Source of the DNA: Tubiluchus corallicola
Lineage: Eukaryota; Animalia; Priapulida
DNA length: 22,273 nt
Assembly (NCBI GenBank): GCA_030141605.1
Contig: JAQGDQ010000456.1
Coordinates: 1-22,273 of the forward strand
Direction of reading: 5' to 3'
How positions within the stretch are numbered: position 1 is the first letter of the stretch; every line of letters starts with the position of its first letter. The notes beneath the pieces are model-generated. The model was not told where the DNA came from, made no database searches, and was given only the letters and a program-made list of their open reading frames with translations. Shown here one piece after another: positions 10,247-19,511 of this stretch. The position numbers were made by a program, and so were the translations under genes.

Positions 10247-10654
10247 AGAAACTTGGTTACTATAGTCAGAGGCAGTACTAATGTGTGTAGTAGTTGAGGA
10301 TGTCATAGTCTTCAAGAAACTTGGTTACTATTGTTAGAGGCAGCACTAATGTGTGTAACAGTTGAGGATGCCATAGTCTTCGAGAAACTTGGTTACTATT
10401 GTTAGAGGCAGTACTAATGTGTGTAGTAGTTGAGGATGTCATAGTCTTCAAGAAACTTGGTTACTGTTGTTAGAGGCAGCACTAATGTGTGTAACAGTTG
10501 AGGATGCCATAGTCTTCGAGAAACTTGGTTACTATTGTTAGAGGCAGTACTAATGTGTGTAGTAGTTGAGGATGTCATAGTCTTCAAGAAACTTGGTTAC
10601 TGTTGTTAGAGGCAGCACTAATGTGTGTAACAGTTGAGGATGCCATAGTCTTCA
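10247..10654. repeat. 68-bp tandem repeat x6 with alternating A/B variants (136-bp dimer x3)
   Basis: agaaacttggttac starts at 10247, 10315, 10383, 10451, 10519, 10587; gtact..gtagtag..gatgtc alternates with gcact..gtaacag..gatgcc. Confidence 0.95.
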
Positions 10655-10865
10655 AGGTCTTCTTGTGCAGGTCTTGTTTATTTGTTTGCCTGTCAGAGCT
10701 CATTCCATTGCCTCATTGCCTGAGGATAAATAAGATATTTTCTATGAGCTGCTTTCCCGTGAAACTTCCTACTAATGAGCAGGATGTAACATTGATGTGT
10801 TTAGTGCAAGTGAGGCATTTTGTCCAAGAAGGCTCTTAAGGCTCTGGCACAATAATTATCATTGA

Positions 10866-12062
10866 TTTTTGTGGAGTTGTCTTTGTCCTCTATGTTTTTA
10901 TGGAGTTGCCTTTGTCTGCTGTGTTTTTATGGAGTTGTCTTTGTCCTTGATGTTTATATGAAGTTGTCTTTGTCCTCTCATGGTTTTTATGTAGTTGATT
11001 TTGTCCTCTATATTTTTATGTAGTTGCTTTGTCCTCAATGCTTTTTATGTAATTGCCTTTGTCCTCTATATTTTTTTTGTGTAGTTGCCTTTTTCCTCAT
11101 TATTTTTTATTGAGTTGTCTTTGTCCTCTATGTTTTTTGTGTAGTTGCCTTTGTCCTCTATGTTTTTATGTAGTCGTCTTTGTCCTCTATGTTTTTTGTG
11201 TAGTTGTCTTTGTCCTCTATGTTTTTATGGAGTTGCCTTTGTCCTCTATGTTTTATGGAGTTGCCTTTGTCCTCTATGTTCTTTATGGAACTGCCTCTGT
11301 CCTGCATATTTTTCTGGAGTTGTCTTGTCCTCTATGTTTTTATGGAGTTGCCTTTGTCCTCTATGTTTTTATGGAGTTGTCTTTGTCCTCTATATTTTTA
11401 TGGAGTTGCCTTTGTCCTCTATGTTTTTTATGTAGTCGTCTTTGTCCTCTATGTTTTTTGTGTAGTTGTCTTTGTCATCTATGTTTTTTGTGTAGTTGTC
11501 TTTGTCCTCTATGTTTTTATGGAGTTGCCTTTGTCCTCTATGTTTTATGGAGTTGCCTTTGTCCTCTATGTTCTTTATGGAACTGCCTCTGTCCTGCATA
11601 TTTTTCTGGAGTTGTCTTGTCCTCTATGTTTTTATGGAGTTGCCTTTGTCCTCTATGTTTTTATGGAGTTGTCTTTGTCCTCTATATTTTTATGGAGTTG
11701 CCTTTGTCCTCTATGTTTTTTATGTAGTCGTCTTTGTCCTCTATGTTTTTTGTGTAGTTGTCTTTGTCATCTATGTTTTTTGTGTAGTTGTCTTTGTCCT
11801 CTATGTTTTTATGGAGTTGCCTTTGTCGTCTATGTTTTATGGAGTTGCCTTTGTCCTCTATGTTCTTTATGGAGTTGCCTCTGTCCTGCATATTTTTCTG
11901 GAGTTGTCTTGTCCTCTATGTTTTTATGGAGTTGCCTTTGTCCTCTATGTTTTTATGGAGTTGCCTTTGTCCTCTATGTTTTTATGGAGTTGCCTTTGTC
12001 CTCTATATTTTCATGGAGTTGCCTTTGTCCTCTATGTTTTTCTGGAGTTGTCTTGTCCTCTA
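10866..12062. repeat. ~29-bp minisatellite (tttttatggagttgcctttgtcctctatg), about 40 copies, with 292-bp higher-order period
   Basis: Directly visible; identical ORF starts at 11204, 11496 and 11788 show the 292-bp period. Confidence 0.95.
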
Positions 12063-12223
12063 TTATGTTCCTCCAAAAACAAGGATATCTACTGTCCCTG
12101 TTTTTAAGCTCTAAATTTTCTATTTATTCATCATTATTTATTTACTCTGATTATAAACTGCTTATTTCACGGATTTAAAAACTTAAACTCAACCATTGTT
12201 TTTAGCAATTAGAATTTTTCCAG

Positions 12224-12369
12224 GAATCGATAACTACTCCTGTAGTGCCGACAACATCTGACGGTTCTCCAGTGTCTAGTACTCCCACACCACCAGCTCC
12301 ACCTATCGATGGTTTTATGCAAATGTCATTCTCTGAAGGACCTGTGCCTGATGACGTCCAGCAGCTAAG
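12224..12369 (+). CDS. GYG1: Glycogenin linker exon (Pro/Thr/Ser-rich); alternative in-frame acceptor would start it at 12206
   Basis: tttttccag|GAA ... CTA AG|gtaatt; ESITTPVVPTTSDGSPVSSTPTPPAPPIDGFMQMSFSEGPVPDDVQQLR; phase 0 to 2, matching the last exon. Confidence 0.8.
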
Positions 12370-12946
12370 GTAATTATTATTTTAGATCTGCTGATTTTAA
12401 AGAAATTACACAGTCATTCTGTAAACACCGTTGTAAAGCCAAAATTCATACTAATTTCATTAGCACAAAGCAATGTGTCTCTTTCCAAATGCCACTAAGA
12501 CCATTTTTTTAATTCGATCGACAGAATTATTCCACAATCTTTCATCACCGCGCCTCTTCCTGTTTATTTTCTATTTAGCCATACCTTAAAAATGCTGTTG
12601 AATTGTGTGAGGCAATAAATTTGAATTGAATTTTAAATGGCTGACAACCTTACTTCCAGCTTTCTAAGAAAAGTTTTTTTCACGCCTTGTTTTAAACAAA
12701 GCAGCTTGTGCAATGATTATTATGGGTTTATTTATCGTGATATCAATCTTAGATTATGATTGTAGAAAAATTGTTTTGCTTTAAAGGAAGACAGGATGAT
12801 TTTTCATTCACTACCCCATTTTCAAGTCCGATAAAAAGTATATCTTAACATAATTAATACTGCAAAAGCGTTTCTGATAATTAAATAATAGATTGAAAAC
12901 CTAATTAAAGGCGAGTGAGCCCAACTATTGATGCATCACAAACTAA

Positions 12947-14146
12947 GGTCGCGTTTCCACTGCGTCCGCACGAAAAGCCACGTATACGCATGGATCCGCA
13001 CGGAAAGCCACGTATCCACACGGAAAGCCAAGTATACGCACAGATCCGCACGGAAAGCCACATACACGCACGGATCCGCACGAAAAGCCACGTATATGCA
13101 TGGATCCGCACGGAAAGCCACGTATCCGCACGGAAAGCCAAGTATACGCACGGATCCGCACAAGTATACGCACGGATCCGCACTTTAATTGCCAAACCTT
13201 TTTTTGTGCGGACGGATAAGTTCATTTTCTCAATCGCTACGAACAAATCGCAAACGCTATACCAGCTCTATATTACAACAGAAATTCAGAAATAGTCACT
13301 GAGACTTTATAAGGCAACTTGGGTCGAAGTGGCATTTAAAGTTAATACTGAAGGTAGAATACATGCATGTATATCAAGGTTTTGTTGCTAACCTAACGTT
13401 TTTGTAAATGTATGCCTGATTTTGTGATTGCATTGCGCATACGTTTTTTTTAAATTTGCAGTGTATATTTACACGCACTATTGCCACAGTATTTCGACTT
13501 TGTCCCGAAAATTCCATTGCACTGTTGTGCTATTAGAGCAGAGAAAATTACGAGCTTCAATACATTGTTAGCTTAATATTAAAGCCATTTTTTGTTTGAA
13601 GTGAACACTACTAGTCTTCATAAATTTCACTAGAAAACATGTTGTAAAAATGCAACATTTTGGCGTGTAAAATCAAATGATACTGCAATAGACTAGCAAT
13701 AAGAAGGAGAAAAATTACAGTGGATATTTTTAAACCTTCGCATAAGATTTGATTGAAACTGCCACTGTTTGCTTCACCACCATGTGAAAAATAGTCAAGT
13801 TAAAGCCGACTAATGCTTTGGTGCAGAGGGCAGTGAGCCAGGCAGGAGAAAGAAGAAGAGAAATGAAAGAGAATCAAATATCCAAATATTGGGTGTAACC
13901 AAACACGATGGTATCGCTTCCCGTATAGCCTACTTGCCTTTTCTTAAACCACCACAGCAAAATAAAAGCCTTCCTTCTTCTAGAAGGTTTCATGTCTAGA
14001 ATTTCGCGGTAAAATTTTGGCGTATTTTTGACGTGTTTTATGGAATGAGTGCGGTTGCAATGGAAACAACTTTTGCAGATGTAAAACGTGCGGACAGAAA
14101 AGTCCGTGTCTGAGCATGTCCGTGTGGACGCAGTGGAAACATGGCC
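12947..14146. mobile_element. Non-autonomous PIF/Harbinger-type DNA transposon (1200 bp)
   Basis: TAA|ggtcgcgtttccactgcgtccgcacg ... cgtgtggacgcagtggaaacatggcc|TAA; TIR 22/26; 3-bp TAA TSD (12944-12946, 14147-14149); no transposase ORF recognised. Confidence 0.8.
12964..13182. repeat. Subterminal ~30-bp tandem repeats (ggatccgcacggaaagccacgtatacgcac) of the Harbinger-like element
   Basis: Directly visible; the tccgcacg core also occurs inverted near the right end (cgtgcgga, ~14087). Confidence 0.9.
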
Positions 14147-14868
14147 TAAAATAATTTTCAACAGCAAAAATATTCCACGAGCGTGTTGTACGTGTTTGCG
14201 AAAGCGAAAATTGAAGTACAGTGCTACTGTAAAATATTCAGTGTGTTGTACTAAATCTAGGCAAGTTTTAAGATAAAAATTTAGATTTCAAATTTACTGC
14301 CGTGCTCACACATCAGCTGTCGAATGGGTGTAGTATGTCACAAACTAACACATCTGAACTAAGAGGTACAACACGCGTTTTTTGTGCTATGTGTTTCCGA
14401 AATGCAGCCACTAGAGTCCGTCTAACTAGCGAATGGCAAAAGTGCATGTACTTTTGGTGCGAATGCGAAATTGTGTTTGTGTGGTAATAATTCTTTCACG
14501 CAAGTCATTTTTGAAAAAATAGTATGTTTACTTTCAATAGTTTAAAGTGTAGATCGTTTTGACCTGCAGTTTAAGATTGGGCCTGGTTTGTTTTAAGTTA
14601 TTATTCTAATGTAAATCTTTTACCTTAGATGTACCAGGTAAATGACATAGATTTTTGACATTATTTGTGACATCTTGTCCAAAAGTTTCCCTTTGGCACT
14701 GTTCCACCCACTTATTGATGGTTTATTTATCAGACTTAATACAACAATTATGTGTTTTTATTTGACCCTGGCAGAAACTAACAGAAACCCTCAAAAAATT
14801 GACAAATGTGCTATAGTCCATGTAATTTGTTCGACAGTAGTTAATCTAAAAAGATTTTTACTTTGTAG

Positions 14869-16045
14869 ATGGGAATTTGGAACTCCGGATTTCCTTGGCC
14901 AGGACAAGTTTGAAAATATCCTTGATCATCTGAAGAGTAAGACCAATGATAAAAGCAAGAGTGCTGATCATCAATATGATGGCGATCATGATGTTGAAGA
15001 ACGTGCTGCAGGTACATCTGGGCTAGCAGCCGATGCAAGTCCTGCCCCTTGCGCAACACCAAAATTTGTTGGAGAGGACAAGACGTTTACCATGCCCCAT
15101 TTGCATGAAGAAGATGGTGTAGTTAGGCTGGCTAGCACTCTCGAAGCTGATCCACCAGCCGTAGTGAGAGGTGAAAGTACTGACTTGCCTTCAGAATCAG
15201 TATCATCAGTGACTGAAGACCAATCATTTCTAACTAGTGTTCCAGAAAGGACAATAAAATATACAACAGAGACTACAGCAAGTGACAGTTTACCATCACA
15301 TGTCAGTGAAACTTTAGAAAGTGATGTAGAACAAAAGAATGATGTGGTTGTAGAACAGGTTGATGGCATGACAGAGGATACAGAATATATTGTCTCTGAA
15401 CCAAAGACAGTTTTAGATACAAATGTTATAGAAGCGTATGTTGACACCGGTGAGTTTGATGCTAAAGAAACTGAGTCACGTCCGGAACATCCTTTGAAAG
15501 AAATCTACGAATCATCTTTGAAAGAGGACAGTAAGCAAGTAGAGGATATGAATGAAGTTGATCACAGGCCACCAGAGCGAAAACGTTCATTGTTCATGGA
15601 AAGACCGCACTCCTGTGAAAACTTTGAGAAACGCAGTGTGGAACAAACTAACAACGAAGGTGAAGAGGCTGTTGATTCCGATGAGGAGTCAAGAAAAAGT
15701 TATAGTGAATCTGAGTTTGAAATTAGCAAAGACGGTACTCTTACTAGTTCTTTCTTAAATGAAGAAGCAAAAGCTAATTTCATTGATGTTGAAGCTGTCG
15801 AAAATGACGCAAAAATCTATGGAGACCTTTCAGAATCTGAAGACGAACTTACACAGGAGAGTACCCGACGTGCATCAACTGCAGGGTCCGAGACCTCGGA
15901 TATCGATAAAAAGGCAACGCAACTCACACCTGAAGCTGAACAAGAGAAAGAGTTATGGGAGACAAGTGGACCAGACTATTTGGGCCAACATAGTTTTGAT
16001 AAAATTTTGGCTCATTTGAAGTCGCAAATAGGAGAGAAAAGTTAA
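14869..16045 (+). CDS. GYG1: Glycogenin terminal coding exon: GS-binding motif, long acidic spacer, second GS-binding motif
   Basis: ttttactttgtag|A TGG GAA; WEFGTPDFLGQDKFENILDHLKSK ... WETSGPDYLGQHSFDKILAHLKSQIGEKS*. Both resemble the human GYG1 C-terminus [22 protein letters not shown]. The first ~64 aa of the track ORF 14675..16045 are intronic. Confidence 0.9.
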
Positions 16046-17739
16046 AAGTAACAAATCTTGTTAAAGTTAAATTGTATAAAACTATATGCTCAATCGTGGT
16101 ATTGCAAAGTTTATCAAGGTTACTTTGATGAGATGTTTATGTAGTTCTTACAGCAATTAGACTTTTGAAAGCACTTCGGAAGAAGTCTATTTATAGTAAT
16201 CATGTACTGGAATGTTTAAAAATCAATTTAGATTTTAAGGTGTGAAGTTTATGCCTCTGCAAAGGTTCACTACATTAGTAATGCAAACTAGCTGAACATA
16301 AATTAATGTAGAATTAAATTTAGGACCAAGTTAATAGACCGAGTTGTTTATTGTTGTTGTTTATTGTTTGTGAGTTGTTGTTGACCGTTTTCTGTGCTGT
16401 TGTTGACCGTTTTTGTTAGGTTTTCATTGTTGTTTATTATTATCAAGGTAATCGCTAGTGATAAAATCGTTGTTTTGTTGTTGTTAATTGTTAAGATCAT
16501 GATGAAAATGTTTCATCTTTCAATATCTTATAGTGAATATAATGTTAATAGTTTGATACATTGGTGTCTTGTTATGAACTGCTCAGTATCTGTACCTCAT
16601 TTTCTAACCATTTTTCTATTCATGACCTCGTTGCTTTGACTGCATGTCGGCCTGCTGGAGTTTTGTAAAAGCAGCTCAACTCTGCTGTTGTTATTCTTAC
16701 ATGTGTTTCTATGAAAATCATTTATAAATCATAATATAAACAATCCTGAAAGTATTGAAGGCTAAGTTCAACTGTTGCAAAAGATGTTCAATTATTTTTC
16801 TCCAATTTCGTAAACCTTACTATGATGTCTCTTCTGCTTGACGAGTGGGTGGTGCTCTTTGGGTGATGCATAAATCAGCCATTGCTGAATTGAGGTTATC
16901 TGTTTGGCTAGCTACTTAGCTGGTTTAATAATCTAAAGAAAGCAAGACAAAGTTAAAAGCAACAGCGTTTTGAACTGTTTGAATTTTGACTTACGTTTCA
17001 TGGAATTTTTGAAAAGTGCAGAAAAATGTCATATATTGCAATCAATGATCTATTTTCTGCTCAAGCTTTTGCTTTTGGTCTTTATCGTTGAGGTGCTCTT
17101 AAACTGTGATACAATCATGCATAGACCATGTTATGTCACTGTACGTTGTCTTAGTTCTGCAGTGTAAACAGAAGATTACGATTTAATTAAACTAGATCTG
17201 TATAGCAGAGGTTTTAGATAATGATTAAACTATTATAATTAGCTGTGATCTGATATTCAGGTAAAGTGTGTAGTAACAGCATCAGCCACCAGTCGTAGCA
17301 AATAAGGCAAAATTAGTATAAATTACAGCCATATTGTAAGTAGGTGTAGAGTTTAAACACTTATTAAAATCTCCTCTATTCGAATTTCAGTTTACTTTTG
17401 TTTTGGAACGTAGAGTAGTTACAGAATTAGCTGGAACTGTAGAATTAGCTAAAGCATGTCAAAGCAATTTACAGTTTTGCATTAGCATTAAACTGATGGT
17501 TAGACGTAACCATAATAATATGTAATATTAACATTTAAACAGCGACATGGTACTTTTACACGCCAGATGGCACCACTAGTGCTGTTTCAAGTTTTCAATA
17601 TTCAATATGACTACTCTGTAGTCCGCCAGCTTATTCAAGAGAACTAGAAAGAAATTTATCAGAAGTTTAATCGTTTTCATTAGCGATTTTCTTGTTACCA
17701 TATTAATTATTCTGTCATCTTTGTTTGCAGTAAATGCCA

Positions 17740-17885
17740 AGAAAATCGCTTAGATTCTTCATAATGCTGCCCGTTTCATCATTTGATTCGTGATACGCGA
17801 AATACCAACAATTATACCTGATTAGTAGTATCACAGTTACTTCTAGAAAACTCAAAAAATTCTAAGCGCCTCGAAGACAGAAAAA
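17740..17885 (+). mobile_element. Possible highly degraded CR1/L2-group LINE fragment
   Basis: Short motifs HNAARFI and KRLEDRK resemble LINE ORF2 C-terminal segments; heavily interrupted. Confidence 0.3.
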
Positions 17886-18345
17886 AACCAGCGCGCACAA
17901 ACTTTCAACAACACGTGTTGATTTGTTCTGCTGTCTGTCATTGGCTCTTATCGGTTGATTTCTTCTCCTATTTGTCATTGGCTGTTCCCGTCATGACATC
18001 ACGAAGTGTGACACCACACAAAGTGACGTCATTCTTTGATAGTTTCTGCTGTAAAGTTTAAAGAGTAAAAATGATCATTTCTTGGGATTTTCTTGCTGTC
18101 GAATCGATATAACAGTTCCGATTTTATTGATTGCAAATTTCTTTTCTAATAATTAATATTAGTAATATAGACTGTGATAATATTTGCTGATCATCTGGTA
18201 ATTCAGGAATATGCGTTTCCTTGCCACTTATTAGCCTGAACTTAATCTGCCTCCAAAGCAAATTCTCTAATTCTCTACTTCACTTAAGTAACAACATTAT
18301 CACAAGTAGTAACAACGTTCGTACCTTTGTATTGTTAATTCTTTC

Positions 18346-18351
18346 AATAAA
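18346..18351 (+). terminator. Candidate polyadenylation signal of the glycogenin gene (3' UTR about 2.3 kb)
   Basis: First AATAAA I found after the stop codon, followed by a T/GT-rich element (ttttttgattgtttatttgtctttt). Earlier ATTAAA variants exist. Confidence 0.5.
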
Positions 18352-18426
18352 ATTTGAATTTTTTGATTGTTTATTTGTCTTTTCATTGATTTATGGTTGA
18401 GCTAGGCTATTAGTGTAGCATATAAG

Positions 18427-18995
18427 CAGGGCCGGCCAGTGGCGTATGAACCAATAAGCTAACAAAGCTATAGCTAAAGTTTACGGGACGTCACATTTTA
18501 GAAAAAATCCTCTGAACATGTGTATACTTTCATATTCATGTAAAGGTAGCATTTTTATTACACACCACAGGCAATTACTGAGCTCTGTTTTTATATAAAT
18601 GCCACGTAACGAACAGGAGCAAAGTGTTACACAACAAGCAGTAATGCAGCCTGCCTAAAAATAAGCGCTATGCAAATACATGTAATTAATAATGACCATG
18701 TAGAAACTAGGTTAATAGTGTTTCTAATACACCACAAGTAGTTGTTTAATCAGCTCATTACATAAACAACCACAAATTGTTTCTGATGTCCTCTACCCTA
18801 CAAAAGCTGAAGAATGATGTTTTATGCTTCCCGGAAATGTTCAAATATCTCGCTCAGCAATAAGCAACAACAAGATGTAGATTTGTAACTTTAATTCTGG
18901 ATGGTACCAATGGAAAAGTTAACTTTGCGGCTGCGAAGTAAAAAGTGCATTGTTTTGCTTCTCGTGTTTGCTGTTTGGAGATGATGTAACATCGC
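18427..18995 (+). pseudogene. hAT element relic with transposase N-terminal TTF-type zinc-finger fragment
   Basis: hAT-like terminus cagggccggc at 18427; from 18824 reads MLPGNVQISRSAISNNKM*ICNFNSGWYQWKS*LCGCEVKSALFCFSCLLFGDD (FNxxWY..WL.....xxxFCFxCLLF pattern, two stops). Right end not identified. Confidence 0.65.
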
Positions 18996-19402
18996 TGAAT
19001 GTAATTTTCTGAAGCAGCACCCCCGTAATTTTAGCTACGAGCCTCCCTTTGTTTTGCGGAGTACTCCAGCCTCAGCCAAAAATAGTTGAGGGATTGTGGC
19101 TCCACCATTAGCCACGATGATATGTACTAGAAATTGAAAACCTGTATGAAATATTTAATGTTTTATTACAAGTCAAGATAGTTGTGACATTCGATCAGTA
19201 AAAAACAATGAAACAAAGACACAATGTCAGACTGAATAGTTTCACTGCATTCACAGTATCAAGAAACTTCGTGCACACTGGACAATGGACACTCATTAAT
19301 TCATCATAGAGTCCTCGACTTGAGTGTGTGAAAGTGGGGCCTCTCTCGCAGCGGGTAAACAGACGGTTCCAAGTTTTCAACAGTGTGTTTCAAAGAACTT
19401 AC

Positions 19403-19456
19403 CACATTTTTTGCTTGACATTACGCTTATCTGCTCGACTGACATATAAGAGGTAA
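19403..19456 (-). other. Candidate exon of a convergent gene
   Basis: Minus strand tttcttttcag|ttacctc...aaatgtg|gtaagt; 54 nt, open in two frames; no recognisable homology. Confidence 0.3.
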
Positions 19457-19511
19457 CTGAAAAGAAACTTCTTAACAATTTAAAAAGTTTGTGTAACCTA
19501 GTAACATGTTA

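Noticed and set aside
11053-12178. Cys-rich, membrane-like ORFs up to 324 aa
   Set aside because: Products of a 29-bp repeat; the same peptides recur in all three frames.
14675-14868. Stand-alone 456-aa gene starting at 14675
   Set aside because: Starts at TTG in intronic sequence; a good acceptor at 14868 links it in phase to the upstream glycogenin exon.
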